From Dehalococcoidia bacterium (GTDB taxonomy: Bacteria; Chloroflexota; Dehalococcoidia; Plut-88900): DNA of 64,000 nt. Of this stretch, positions 1 to 9,808 are shown piece after piece. The DNA is taken from positions 1,408,001-1,472,000 of the forward strand of contig CBDBLV010000005.1 of NCBI GenBank assembly GCA_965207225.1, in the 5' to 3' direction. How positions within the stretch are numbered: position 1 is the first letter of the stretch; each line of letters begins with the position of its first letter. Made by a program: the position numbers and the translations under genes. A model generated the notes under the pieces. The model searched no databases, was not told where the DNA came from, and saw only the letters and a list, made by a program, of their open reading frames with translations.

Positions 1-546
1 GATCCCAAGGTGTGGAAGCTGGCAAAGGGGCTGCTCCTGGATTCAGAAAGGGACGGACCGCCCGCGGTGATTGACGCGGACGGGCTAAATGCACTGGCGT
101 CGGAGGAGGGGTGGTGGGAGAAGTTAAATCGGGATGCGGTGTTGACGCCGCACCCCGGAGAGATGTCGAGGCTGATGGGGGCGTCAACGAAAGAGGTCCA
201 GGGTGACAGGATCGGGATGGCTCGTGAAGCGGCGAAGAGGTGGGGCAAGACTGTGGTGCTGAAGGGGGCGCACACGGTGGTGGCCCGGGCGGATGGTCGG
301 GCCGTGGTGAGTCCTTTTGCGAACCCGGGGCTGGCCTCGGCTGGGACAGGTGACGTGCTGGCAGGTGCGATCGCTGGGCTCATTGTACAGGGGTTGGGGG
401 TGTGGGAGGCAGCGCTGGCCGGGGTATACCTGCACGGGGTGGCGGGGGAGGTGGGTCGGGAGGAGATAGGAGAGGCGGGGCTGGTGGCGAGTGACCTGCT
501 AGTCAGGCTGGCGGGGGCGGTGCGGGGGGTGGAGAATGCGGGGTGA
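1..546 (+). CDS. nnrD: NAD(P)H-hydrate dehydratase (NnrD/YjeF C-terminal domain), 5'-truncated by the window edge
   Basis: Motifs VIDADGLN, LTPHPGEM, VVLKGAHT, LASAGTGDVLAG. Confidence 0.92.
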   Translation, partial: DPKVWKLAKGLLLDSERDGPPAVIDADGLNALASEEGWWEKLNRDAVLTPHPGEMSRLMGASTKEVQGDRIGMAREAAKRWGKTVVLKGAHTVVARADGRAVVSPFANPGLASAGTGDVLAGAIAGLIVQGLGVWEAALAGVYLHGVAGEVGREEIGEAGLVASDLLVRLAGAVRGVENAG

Positions 547-563
547 ATGCTCTCTGGGGGCAT

Positions 564-609
564 TTGAAGTGAGTCAAAAGCTGAGGCATAATGACTCATC
601 AAGTGACTC
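564..609 (+). promoter_or_regulatory. Sigma-70 promoter and probable antitoxin operator of the TA operon
   Basis: TTGAAG(564-569)-N17-CATAAT(587-592); inverted half-sites TGAGTCA (570-576) and TGACTCA (592-598), plus TGACTC (604-609). Confidence 0.6.
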
Positions 610-627
610 GCGAGGAGTGAGTGAATT

Positions 628-891
628 ATGAACCAACTAACTATCAGAGGATTCGACGATGATCTAAAGGAGAGGATACGGAGCCTCGCGGAACAGGAAG
701 GCATCTCGTTAAATCGGGCAGCGGTGAAACTTCTTAAGAAGGGGGCAGGACTGATGGATATTGGGGCGGGGAGGGGGAAGGTGGGCAACTCGCTTGATCA
801 TTTAATTGGATCGTGGAGTAAGGAACGGGTGGACGACTTTAAATCGATCATGGTGGAGTTCGAGAAAATCGATGAGTCGATTTGGCAGTGA
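628..891 (+). CDS. vapB: Type II antitoxin, FitA/VapB-like ribbon-helix-helix
   Basis: 87 aa, N-terminal QLTIRGFDDDLKERIRSLAEQEGISLN RHH pattern; stop overlaps the PIN toxin start (GTGA). Confidence 0.8.
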   Translation: MNQLTIRGFDDDLKERIRSLAEQEGISLNRAAVKLLKKGAGLMDIGAGRGKVGNSLDHLIGSWSKERVDDFKSIMVEFEKIDESIWQ

Positions 892-1286
892 AGATTCTAC
901 TTGATACAAGTGCTTATATAGAACTTATGGATGGGCATGAGGAAGTCTCGGAGCTAGTGCGCAGGGCTGACGAGGTACTCTTGTCACCGATTGTCTTGGG
1001 GGAGTTGATGCAAGGGTTTCGGATGGGCAGGTACTTTGAGATGAACTACCATAGCCTGAGAGTATTCCTGGAAGGTGAGGCCGTATCTGTAGTGGCAGTT
1101 GGAGAGGTAACTGCCGACAGATATTCTCGAATTGCGATGGCTCTGAGAGCAAAGGGAAGGCCGATTCCGACCAACGACATGTGGATCGCGGCGCATGCGA
1201 TGGAAATGGGAGCGGACCTGGTGTCGGCGGACAGGCACTTTGAGTATGTGGACGGGATCGCGCTGGTGCCCATAGAGGCAAACTGA
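888..1286 (+). CDS. vapC: Type II toxin, VapC family PIN-domain ribonuclease
   Basis: ILLDTSAY, IVLGEL, GRPIPTNDMWIAAHA, LVSADRHF; GTG start at 888 preferred. Confidence 0.93.
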   Translation: MKILLDTSAYIELMDGHEEVSELVRRADEVLLSPIVLGELMQGFRMGRYFEMNYHSLRVFLEGEAVSVVAVGEVTADRYSRIAMALRAKGRPIPTNDMWIAAHAMEMGADLVSADRHFEYVDGIALVPIEAN

Positions 1287-1297
1287 GTTGAGACGCC

Positions 1298-2065
1298 ATG
1301 CTTCTGGCTATTGACATAGGGAATACGAACATAACACTTGGGGTGTATGACGGGGAGTCGCTGGCTGCGACCTGGCGGATTTCGACAGATGCGAACAAGC
1401 AGGCGGATGAGTACGCCGTATTGTTCAACGGGCTTCTACAGACGCGAGGGATGCCGGACTCCATGATTACGGAGATTGTGGTCTGCAGCGTCGTGCCGCC
1501 GCTGACGGGAGTATTCGAGGAGTTTTGCCAGAAGCAGTTCGGATTGAAACCGCTGGTGGTGGGGATGGGGGTGAAGACGGGGATGCGCATCCTGTATGAG
1601 AACCCGAGGGACGTGGGGGCGGACCGGGTGGCGGATGCGGTGGCCGCCTATCATAAATACGGCGGGCCGGTGATAGTGGTGGACCTTGGGACGGCCACGG
1701 TGTTTGATGCGATTTCCAAGGACGGGGAATACCTGGGTGGGGCAATTGCCCCGGGAATCGGGGTGGCGGCGGAGGCCCTGGTGGCAAGGGCATCCAAGCT
1801 GACGAGAGTGGAGTTGGAGGCGCCGCCGAACGCCATTGGCCGGACATCCCCTGCGAGCATGCAGTCGGGGCTGATATACGGGTACGTGGGCTTAATTGAG
1901 GGGTTGGTGGCGAGGTTCAAGAAGGAACTCGGGGGCAGGGCAAAGGTGGTGGGGACGGGGGGTCTTGCCTCAATAATGGCGGGCGAGACTGACGTGCTGG
2001 ATGAAGTGGACCCGGACCTGACGCTCGAAGGGCTGAAGCTGATCCACGAGATGAACCCGAGATGA
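1298..2065 (+). CDS. coaX: Type III pantothenate kinase
   Basis: LLAIDIGNTN, VGADRVAD, VVDLGTATVFD, GGAIAPG; directly upstream of coaBC. Confidence 0.95.
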   Translation: MLLAIDIGNTNITLGVYDGESLAATWRISTDANKQADEYAVLFNGLLQTRGMPDSMITEIVVCSVVPPLTGVFEEFCQKQFGLKPLVVGMGVKTGMRILYENPRDVGADRVADAVAAYHKYGGPVIVVDLGTATVFDAISKDGEYLGGAIAPGIGVAAEALVARASKLTRVELEAPPNAIGRTSPASMQSGLIYGYVGLIEGLVARFKKELGGRAKVVGTGGLASIMAGETDVLDEVDPDLTLEGLKLIHEMNPR

Positions 2066-3282
2066 GCGACACAATGCAAAGTCGGGGCAGGGGGCTGGGG
2101 GAGAGGCGGATAGTGCTGGGCGTTACGGGAAGCATTGCTGCGTACAAGGCGGCGGACCTTACGAGCAAGCTGGTGCAGCAAGGCGCCGTGGTGGACGTGG
2201 TGATGAGTGAAGGGGCAACGCAATTTGTTGAGCCGTTGACGTTCCGGAGCCTGACTCACAGGCCAGTGCTGCACCAACTTTTTGACCCGGCTTCCGACGC
2301 GGGGATCGAACACGTGGCCCTGGCGGAAGGATGTGATGCAATTCTGGTTGCGCCGGCAACGGCAAACCTGATTGCGAAGGCGGCAAATGGGTTGGCGGAC
2401 GACCTGTTGACCTGCATGCTGCTGGCCACGCGGAGGCCTGTCGTGCTTGCCCCCGCAATGGACGGGTATATGTTTGAGAACCCGGCGACCCAGGAAAATG
2501 TCGAAAGACTGCTCACCCGTGGCTGGACGTTTGTGGGGCCGGGGGAGGGTAGGCTGGCATCGGGGCTGGTGGGACGGGGGAGGTTGGCGGACGTGGAGGA
2601 CATCATCGGGGGGCTGAAGCAGGTGTTGGGTCGGGAAGGGGACCTGGCGGGGAAGTCGGTGGTTGTCTCGGCGGGAGGGACGCAGGAGCCGCTCGATCCG
2701 GTGAGGCATATCGGGAACCGGTCGTCGGGGAAGATGGGGTACGCGCTGGCTGAGGCTGCGCGGGACAGGGGTGCGACGGTGACCCTGGTGTCGACGCAAA
2801 CATCGTTAAGGGCCCCGTATGGGGTAGATTTTGTGAAGGCAGACACGGCGGAGGAGATGCGGCGAGAAGTGGTGACCCGGGCTCTGGATGCCGACATACT
2901 GGTGATGGCGGCTGCTATTGCCGACTTCAGGCCGGCAGCGGAGGCTGAGCACAAGATCAAGAAATCGGGTGGCGGGATGACGCTGGAGCTGACACAGACG
3001 GCTGACGTGCTGGCGGAGGCGCGAGGCGAAAGGCTAGTTAAGGTGGGGTTTGCCGCGGAAAGCCAGGACCTAGAGGAGAACGCTCGGGAGAAGATGGTCA
3101 GGAAGGGCGTCGATCTTATGGTGGCGAACAACATCACGGTCGAGGGGAGCGGGTTCGGGTCGGACACGAACCGGGTGGTGATCATAGGGAGAGACGGCGA
3201 GAAGGAAGAGTTGCCACTTCTGCCGAAGGCCGAGGTAGCGCACATAGTCCTGGACCGAGCGGCAAGGACCGAGAAGGGGTAA
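2062..3282 (+). CDS. coaBC: Bifunctional phosphopantothenoylcysteine decarboxylase/ligase
   Basis: GVTGSIAAYKA, APATANLIAK, APAM, SAGGTQEPLDPVRHIGNRSSGKMG, VGFAAES. Confidence 0.96.
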   Translation: MSDTMQSRGRGLGERRIVLGVTGSIAAYKAADLTSKLVQQGAVVDVVMSEGATQFVEPLTFRSLTHRPVLHQLFDPASDAGIEHVALAEGCDAILVAPATANLIAKAANGLADDLLTCMLLATRRPVVLAPAMDGYMFENPATQENVERLLTRGWTFVGPGEGRLASGLVGRGRLADVEDIIGGLKQVLGREGDLAGKSVVVSAGGTQEPLDPVRHIGNRSSGKMGYALAEAARDRGATVTLVSTQTSLRAPYGVDFVKADTAEEMRREVVTRALDADILVMAAAIADFRPAAEAEHKIKKSGGGMTLELTQTADVLAEARGERLVKVGFAAESQDLEENAREKMVRKGVDLMVANNITVEGSGFGSDTNRVVIIGRDGEKEELPLLPKAEVAHIVLDRAARTEKG

Positions 3283-3286
3283 GGGG

Positions 3287-4567
3287 TCAGGCCTCGACGG
3301 GGTTGGGTGGCGGGGTGGGTCTCGGGACGCGGATTCCCTTGAAGATTCCGAACATTGACGCGCCGGCGACGGCGAGGACAATTGATTCGACGAGGAAAAC
3401 TCGGCGATGACCGATGCTCCAAGCGAGCGCGCCTCCCGTCAAGGGGCCCAAGCCCCAGGCCATGGCGGACGCCGAATTGAGTATGCCGAAGGCTGCACCT
3501 AGGTGTTTTCTGGGGAGCATGAGGCCGACTATCGAACTGAGGGAAGTCATCATTGCCCCGTTACAGAGGCCTGAAAGGGCAAAGAGGAGGACGAACACAT
3601 AGTACTGGTGGTTGAAGAACTGGGGCAGCAAGGCCAGAGAAGCCCCCAAACAGGAGACTATGAGGACCGTGCGAAGGTTCAACTTTGATGCCATCCTGCC
3701 GACGAATATGGCGCTTACTCCGGAGCAAAACCCGAGGACCCCGAAAGCAAGTCCTGTGTCAAAAACCACTCGGTTGGCGTCGGTGATGGATTGGATGAAG
3801 CCCGGGGCCACGGGAGCGAGGACGGTCGGGGCCCCCTGGATGATGGGGACGAAGAGGAGGGCGGGGAGGAGGCCCGGGGTGGCGAGGACCTGTCGAGTCT
3901 CCGAGAAGAGGGCGAGGGGGGAGCCGCTTTTATCGTCGGACCTCTGGAAGGACTCCTTGACGAAAAGCAGGATCATCAGGCCGGCGGCAAGCACGAATCC
4001 TGAGGAAATGAAATAGGTTGTCCTGAAGCCGAAGGCCTGGGCAAGCTGGCCTCCTATAAAGGGTGAGATGGTGATGGAGAAGTAGCTGGTGAACTGGAGG
4101 AGTCCGACTACGAGGGGAAGGCGGTTGCTGGGGACAAAGGAACCGGCCAGCGCCATGGCCGCACCGACGCTGCCGGAGACGCCGCCGTGGAGGATGCGGA
4201 TGCCGATGAGCTGGGGGATATTGGTAATGAGGCCTGAGAACATGAGGACAAGGGTTCCGGCGGCATAGGCGCGGACGAGCATGGGCTTGCGGCCATAGGT
4301 GTCGGCGAGGTGGCCCCAGAAAGGGCCTGCGAGGCCCATAAAAAGGGCGAATACGCCAGAGGATGCACCGGCCCAGAATGCGGCGTCGGCGGCGGAGTCG
4401 ACGCCGAGCTCCTGCTCGATAAAGAGAGGGTAGAAAGGCTGCATGAAGGACCAGCCGATGGAGGCCACCCCTTGGGCAAGGCAAACGAGGGCTACCTGGC
4501 GTTTCCAGTTGTCCAGGCCACGCACGAGTAGGAAGGGGATGAGGGGAGCTCGGGGGAGGGAGCGCAC
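3287..4567 (-). CDS. MFS transporter (DHA1/MdtG-like); start uncertain (GTG 4567 or 4525)
   Basis: About 12 hydrophobic segments; motif A WGHLADTYGRKPML. Confidence 0.88.
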   Translation of the reverse strand: MRSLPRAPLIPFLLVRGLDNWKRQVALVCLAQGVASIGWSFMQPFYPLFIEQELGVDSAADAAFWAGASSGVFALFMGLAGPFWGHLADTYGRKPMLVRAYAAGTLVLMFSGLITNIPQLIGIRILHGGVSGSVGAAMALAGSFVPSNRLPLVVGLLQFTSYFSITISPFIGGQLAQAFGFRTTYFISSGFVLAAGLMILLFVKESFQRSDDKSGSPLALFSETRQVLATPGLLPALLFVPIIQGAPTVLAPVAPGFIQSITDANRVVFDTGLAFGVLGFCSGVSAIFVGRMASKLNLRTVLIVSCLGASLALLPQFFNHQYYVFVLLFALSGLCNGAMMTSLSSIVGLMLPRKHLGAAFGILNSASAMAWGLGPLTGGALAWSIGHRRVFLVESIVLAVAGASMFGIFKGIRVPRPTPPPNPVEA

Positions 4568-5472
4568 TAGCCGGGGCCCGGGGACCCCGAATTGGGCTCG
4601 GAGCGGTCTATGCCTGAGAGTTGCAAAAGCAGAGGGACGTCGCGTTCCCATCCCATAGGCATGATGTGGATGCCTCGGGTGAGGGATGCAACCTGGGAGA
4701 TGATCCGGGAGGCAATTTCAATGCCTTTCTCCCGCTTGTTTTCGGCGACGTCCATTTCGTCGATGAGGTTTTGGGGCACCACAATGCCGGGAACATTTTC
4801 ATTGAGATAGCGGGCCATGCGGCCGGAATGGAGTACGAGAATACCGGCGATTATCGGGACGTTTAGGGGTCGTGCCTTCTCCATGAATCGGGCGAACTGG
4901 TCGGGGTCATAGACGGCCTGGGTCTGGAAGAAGCGAACGCCGGCCTCAACTTTCTGGGCCATACGGGAGACTTCAAGGTCTGTGTCGGGGGCGCCGGGGT
5001 TGGCTGCGGCGCCGAGGCAGAAACTCGGCGCCCCATTCAACTCGTTGCCGGCCAGGTCTTTACCTGACTCCATGCCGGAAGCGGCGCGGATGAGGTCTAT
5101 GACGCTGAGGTCGAAGACAGGCTTGGCCTCGGGGTGGTCACCGGTGCCGGTGGGGTCGCCGGTGAGGCAGAGGATGTTCTGGATACCTAGTACATTGGCT
5201 GCAAGGAGGTCGGACTGGAGGGCTATCCTGTTGCGGTCCCGGCAGGTGAACTGGCAAATGGGTTCGACGCCCTTGTCCAGGATGACTTTGCCAAGGGGCA
5301 GGGGCCCAAGCCGCATGACGGAGGCGTTTTGGTCGGTGACGTTGACCGCGTCTACAGAGGCCAGGGAATCTAGGGTGGAGAGAGCAGGTTCGATGTTGAT
5401 GCCCTTGGGAGGCGTGACTTCCGCGGTCACAAGGAAGGCATCCGACTCAAGTTTGTCTTTGAAACCAGGCAA
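4567..5472 (-). CDS. metF: Methylenetetrahydrofolate reductase
   Basis: TAEVTPPKG, NVTD, TCRDRNRIALQSDLL, LCLTGD, FFQTQAVYD. Confidence 0.9.
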   Translation of the reverse strand: MPGFKDKLESDAFLVTAEVTPPKGINIEPALSTLDSLASVDAVNVTDQNASVMRLGPLPLGKVILDKGVEPICQFTCRDRNRIALQSDLLAANVLGIQNILCLTGDPTGTGDHPEAKPVFDLSVIDLIRAASGMESGKDLAGNELNGAPSFCLGAAANPGAPDTDLEVSRMAQKVEAGVRFFQTQAVYDPDQFARFMEKARPLNVPIIAGILVLHSGRMARYLNENVPGIVVPQNLIDEMDVAENKREKGIEIASRIISQVASLTRGIHIMPMGWERDVPLLLQLSGIDRSEPNSGSPGPG

Positions 5473-5628
5473 TTTTTCGCCTTAGATTGTTCTTGAGGGA
5501 GCCGTGCAGGCTCCCCCGGGACATATAGTAAACCCAAAAGGGAGAATTCGTCATCCGGGGTAGTTGCAAAGCATTGTGAAATTTGGTACATTGCGCTGTG
5601 TTCCATATTTCACAAAGGAATTGCCGGA

Positions 5629-6567
5629 ATGACCGCTGAACTAATCGATGGGCGCAAGATAGCTGCAAAAGTAAGGGACGAAGTGCGGAGTGGGGTGCGG
5701 GAACTGAAAAGGACCACCGGCGTAGTCCCCAAACTGGGGGTGGTGATGGTTGGGAATAACGCAGCGTTGGACGTATACGTCAAGACCAAGGAGAAGGCGG
5801 CGCGGGCTGTGGGTATCGAGACTCGAACGGTGAGGCTTGGGGCGGATGTTTCGGAAAAAGAGGTGACGAGTCTGCTGGACTGCCTGAATGAGGACGACTC
5901 GGTCCACGGGGTCCTGGTGCAGTTGCCGTTGCCGGACCACATGGACCCTCTGAGAGTAGCCAGTGTGGTCGATCCCATGAAGGACGTTGACGGATTGCAT
6001 CCGGACAACGTCGGGCTTCTGCTGATAGGGGCGCCGAGGTTCGTGCCATGCACACCGGCCGGGATCCAGAGGATGCTGCTGCAGTCGGGGATGACGACGG
6101 ATGGGAAGCACGTGGTGATCTGTGGCAGGAGCCTGATAGTAGGCAGGCCACTGGCTGCGCTGATGATGCAGAAGCACGCAGAAGCCAATGCAACGGTTAC
6201 CGTTGCCCACACGGGTACGAAGAACCTGGCCGAAGTCACCAGCCAGGCCGATATCCTAGTAGCGGCTATAGACGAGCCTGAAGGCATTACAGTTGAAATG
6301 GTGAAACCCGGGGCGGTGGTCATAGACGTCGGCGTGCATAGATTGGAGGACGGGTCTCGGGAGAAGGGTTACCGTTTGGCGGGTGATGTAGATTTCGAGA
6401 ACGTGAAGGAACGGGCCAGCGCTATCAGCCCGGTTCCCGGGGGCGTGGGGCCCATGACAGTGGCCATGCTGCTGGTCAATACCCTTAAGGCGGCCAGGCT
6501 CGCGGCCAATACGGGAGAAGAGGTGCTCCGTCAACCGATTGATATCAATTTACTGCCGGTAAGATAG
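5629..6567 (+). CDS. folD: Bifunctional methylenetetrahydrofolate dehydrogenase/cyclohydrolase
   Basis: YVKTK, VHGVLVQLPLP, KDVDGLHP, PCTPAG, GRSLIVGRP, SPVPGGVGPMTVAML. Confidence 0.96.
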   Translation: MTAELIDGRKIAAKVRDEVRSGVRELKRTTGVVPKLGVVMVGNNAALDVYVKTKEKAARAVGIETRTVRLGADVSEKEVTSLLDCLNEDDSVHGVLVQLPLPDHMDPLRVASVVDPMKDVDGLHPDNVGLLLIGAPRFVPCTPAGIQRMLLQSGMTTDGKHVVICGRSLIVGRPLAALMMQKHAEANATVTVAHTGTKNLAEVTSQADILVAAIDEPEGITVEMVKPGAVVIDVGVHRLEDGSREKGYRLAGDVDFENVKERASAISPVPGGVGPMTVAMLLVNTLKAARLAANTGEEVLRQPIDINLLPVR

Positions 6568-6657
6568 CAGGCAATAACCCAGGGGCCGGTAAAACGTTAC
6601 ATAGTAGGGGTCGAGAAAAAACAAGTAGTAAGGAGGAATGCACCAAGGGTTTGTAGT

Positions 6658-6703
6658 ATTGTTTTATAAAACAATTGACAAATTATGCAAATGAGCGTAT
6701 CCT
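6658..6703 (+). promoter_or_regulatory. Sigma-70 promoter of the sigma-factor gene with an abutting 18-bp palindrome
   Basis: TTGACA(6675-6680)-N17-TATCCT(6698-6703); perfect palindrome ATTGTTTTATAAAACAAT at 6658-6675. Confidence 0.65.
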
Positions 6704-6740
6704 AAGCGTGAATAACCCCGGATAACGGGTTTGCAATGGA

Positions 6741-7784
6741 GTGCAGCATAAGGTCATGAACAAGGAAATGGTAACGACCTACAACATAGAATCGGTGCTG
6801 GAGAGCCTGGACGAAGAAGAGGGCCTCGGTCTGGTAAGCACGGCGGTAGCCGAGGAGACCGAGGACAAGCAGGCCCAGCAGGAACTGGTGGACGAGCCTC
6901 TGAAGGCTTACCTGAAGGAGATAGGCGCCTCGGAGCTTTTGACCTTCGAAGAAGAGAAGGCACTGGCGAGGGCCATCGAATTCGGCGCTGAGGCGAAGGC
7001 GAAACTGGAAGGCGGCGCACCGGACGTCGAAGGCAGGTTGTCGCTGGAGCAGGCTGCGAAGGTAGGTGAGTCGGCGAGGCGTCGGATGACGGAGTCGAAT
7101 CTCCGGCTGGTGGTAAGCATCGCCAAGAAGTACCAGGGCAAGGGGCTGCCGCTCCTGGACCTGATACAGGAGGGCAACCTGGGGCTCCTGAGGGCGGTAG
7201 ACAAGTACGACTACCGTCGGGGGTTTCGGTTCAGCACGTATGCGACCTGGTGGATACGCCAGGGCGTGATGCGGGCCCTTACCGACAAGGGCCACACAAT
7301 CCGGCTGCCGGTGCACCTGAGCGAGACAGCGGCCAAGGTAGAGAAAGCCACGCAGGCGCTGACCCAGGAGCTGGGGAGGCGGCCACAGGGAGAAGAGATA
7401 GCCGAGGCCACCGGAATAGACCAGGCCAAGATCAAGCGGATCATGCGGGCATGGCAGCAGCCGGCCTCGCTGGACCAGCCGCAGGGAAGCGCCGGACTGC
7501 TCCTCGGGAGTACGCTGACAGACAACGATGCTCCCACGCCGGAAGAGACCCTGTCGCAGAACATGCTGAAAGGGCACCTGGACACGATGTTGAGCGAGCT
7601 GAATCCTCGGGAGAGGGAAGTGCTGGAGATGAGGTTCGGCCTCAAGGACGGCATGGAGCACACGCTGAAAGACATCGGGGAGGTGCTGGGGGTTACCCGG
7701 GAGCGGGTCCGGCAGATCCAGAGCGCGGCCGTGGCGAAGCTGAACAGGGAGTCGACAAGGGAGTTGCTGGAGGGTTACCTGTAG
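6741..7784 (+). CDS. RNA polymerase sigma-70 factor, RpoD/SigA family lacking a clear region 1.1 (probably a secondary, group-2-like sigma)
   Basis: YLKEIG..ELLTFEEE (1.2), NLRLVVSIAKKY, DLIQEGNLGL, RFSTYATWWIRQ, TLKDIGEVLGVTRERVRQI (4.2); no dnaG neighbour. Confidence 0.9.
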   Translation: MQHKVMNKEMVTTYNIESVLESLDEEEGLGLVSTAVAEETEDKQAQQELVDEPLKAYLKEIGASELLTFEEEKALARAIEFGAEAKAKLEGGAPDVEGRLSLEQAAKVGESARRRMTESNLRLVVSIAKKYQGKGLPLLDLIQEGNLGLLRAVDKYDYRRGFRFSTYATWWIRQGVMRALTDKGHTIRLPVHLSETAAKVEKATQALTQELGRRPQGEEIAEATGIDQAKIKRIMRAWQQPASLDQPQGSAGLLLGSTLTDNDAPTPEETLSQNMLKGHLDTMLSELNPREREVLEMRFGLKDGMEHTLKDIGEVLGVTRERVRQIQSAAVAKLNRESTRELLEGYL

Positions 7785-7818
7785 CAAACCAACCCCGACT
7801 TCCCAAGACCGAAGATAG

Positions 7819-7854
7819 AAAGGTGAGGGCCAAAAAGCTCTCACCTTTTTGTTT
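7819..7854 (+). terminator. Rho-independent terminator after the sigma gene
   Basis: Stem AAAGGTGAGGGC / GCTCTCACCTTT followed by a T-rich tail. Confidence 0.75.
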
Positions 7855-7866
7855 GGGAATTGGTGA

Positions 7867-7896
7867 TTGGCGTGAGTTCGGCGCTTAACCTATAAT
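7867..7896 (+). promoter_or_regulatory. Probable aspS promoter
   Basis: TTGGCG-N18-TATAAT (7891-7896), 22 nt before the TTG start. Confidence 0.5.
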
Positions 7897-7918
7897 TTCT
7901 CGCCGTGGGTGCTAAGAG

Positions 7919-9712
7919 TTGTTAAAGACAATAGGGTGTGGTGAACTCAGGGCAGCGGATACAGGCAAGGATGTTACGCTGGCTGGATGGGTGCACCGTC
8001 GGAGGGACCACGGGGGGCTGATATTTATCGACCTTAGGGATAGGTCGGGGGTGGTGCAGGTGGTGCTGAACCCGAAGGAGTCCCCAGAAGCCCACGAAAC
8101 AGGGACACAGTTTCGCAACGAATGGGTGGTGCAGGTGGAAGGTAGGGTCGGGGCGAGGCCCGCGGGCACGGAGAATCCGGACTTGGCGACGGGAGAGATA
8201 GAAGTGGGGGCACGTGTGGTGAAGGTACTGAATCAGTCACGAACGCCGCCGTTCTACGTGAATGAGGAAATAGAGGTTGAAGAAGGGCTCAGGCTCAAGC
8301 ACCGCTACGTTGACCTAAGGCGTCAGAGACTCCAGCGAAACATCGCCCTGCGTCACCGTGCTGTGAAGTACATCCGGGACTTCCTGGATGCTGAGGGTTT
8401 CCTCGAGATCGAGACACCGGTGCTGATAAAGAGCACGCCGGAAGGGGCCCGGGACTACCTGGTGCCGAGCCGTGTGCACCCGGGGAGCTTTTATGCCCTG
8501 CCGCAATCGCCGCAACAGTTGAAGCAGCTGCTCATGGTGTCGGGGTTCGAGCGGTATTTCCAGATAGCGCGGTGCTTCCGGGACGAGGACCAGCGAGCAG
8601 ACCGACAGCCGGAGTTCACCCAGCTGGACCTGGAGATGAGCTTCGTGGACGACGAAGACGTGCTGGACCTGACGGAGGCGTTGTTCACGGGTCTGGTGGA
8701 GTCGGTTACACCGGATTTCGATTTGACCAAACCTTTCCCTCGACTGAACTACGACGAAGTGATGAGGAGGTTCGGTACGGATAAGCCGGACCTTCGATTC
8801 GGGTTGGAATTGGAAGAGATCACGGATGTGGTGAAGGAGTCGGGGTTCAAGGTGTTTCGGTCAGTTGCGGAGAGCGGGGGAATGATAAAGGGGATGCGGG
8901 CGACGGGGTGCTCAGGATACAGCCGGAGGCAGGTGGACGAGTTGACGGAGTTTGCCAAGGAGAGGGGTGCGAAGGGCTTGGTGACGATAGCCTTGCAAGG
9001 GACACCGGACTCGGGGGGATGGTGGGGTGTTGAACAGGTAAGGTCGGCGGTTACGCGCTTTCTGAGCGAGGATGAACTGAATGGAATAATTGGTCGTCTT
9101 GGAGGGGAAACGGGAGACCTGCTTCTGATAGTGGCGGGGGATGAGAAAACGACGAATGCGGCGCTGGCGGCGTTGAGGAACGAGATGGGGCGGAGGCTCG
9201 GGCTGGCTGATCCGAAGAAACTGTCCTTCTTGTTCGTGGTGGACTTCCCGCTGGTGGAGTGGAACGAGGATGAGGGGAGATGGGACTCGACGCATCACCC
9301 GTTCACCTCGCCTCGGGAGCAAGATATCGGGTTGATGGACTCTGAGCCGGGTCGGGTGCGGGCGCGGTGCTACGATATGGTGTGCAACGGGCAGGAGCTG
9401 GCCAGCGGCAGCATACGGATACACGATAGAGAACTGCAGCAGAAGGTGTTCAAGCTGTTGGACTACGACGAAGAAGAGGCACAGTCGCGGTTCGGGCACC
9501 TGCTGGAGGCGTTCGAATACGGGGCACCGCCGCACGGGGGCATTGCCCCGGGTATCGACCGGCTGGTAGCGATCCTTGCCGGAGAAGAGAGCATCCGGGA
9601 GGTGATTGCCTTTCCCAAGAACCAGAGTGCAGTGGACGTAATGACGGATGCGCCCGCGCCCGTGAGCCCGAACCAACTGAGGGATCTGCACCTGAGGATT
9701 GTGCCAGAGTGA
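7919..9712 (+). CDS. aspS: Aspartate--tRNA ligase, probably non-discriminating Asp/Asn type
   Basis: [58 protein letters not shown]. Confidence 0.96.
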   Translation: MLKTIGCGELRAADTGKDVTLAGWVHRRRDHGGLIFIDLRDRSGVVQVVLNPKESPEAHETGTQFRNEWVVQVEGRVGARPAGTENPDLATGEIEVGARVVKVLNQSRTPPFYVNEEIEVEEGLRLKHRYVDLRRQRLQRNIALRHRAVKYIRDFLDAEGFLEIETPVLIKSTPEGARDYLVPSRVHPGSFYALPQSPQQLKQLLMVSGFERYFQIARCFRDEDQRADRQPEFTQLDLEMSFVDDEDVLDLTEALFTGLVESVTPDFDLTKPFPRLNYDEVMRRFGTDKPDLRFGLELEEITDVVKESGFKVFRSVAESGGMIKGMRATGCSGYSRRQVDELTEFAKERGAKGLVTIALQGTPDSGGWWGVEQVRSAVTRFLSEDELNGIIGRLGGETGDLLLIVAGDEKTTNAALAALRNEMGRRLGLADPKKLSFLFVVDFPLVEWNEDEGRWDSTHHPFTSPREQDIGLMDSEPGRVRARCYDMVCNGQELASGSIRIHDRELQQKVFKLLDYDEEEAQSRFGHLLEAFEYGAPPHGGIAPGIDRLVAILAGEESIREVIAFPKNQSAVDVMTDAPAPVSPNQLRDLHLRIVPE

Positions 9713-9750
9713 TGGGACTCGGGGGGAGGGGCGTTGTCGGGGGTGGGCTG

Positions 9751-9759
9751 TGCTATAAT
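9751..9759 (+). promoter_or_regulatory. Extended -10 promoter of tig-clpP-clpX
   Basis: TGcTATAAT about 50 nt upstream of tig. Confidence 0.55.
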
Positions 9760-9808
9760 TTTCACGAACGGAAGCTTAGCATTTCCGTCGCCAAGGGAGT
9801 TCTCCACC

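Noticed and set aside
5473-5628. SAM or THF riboswitch upstream of metF/folD
   Set aside because: Only a GGGAGCC/GGCTCCC hairpin; no recognisable aptamer core.
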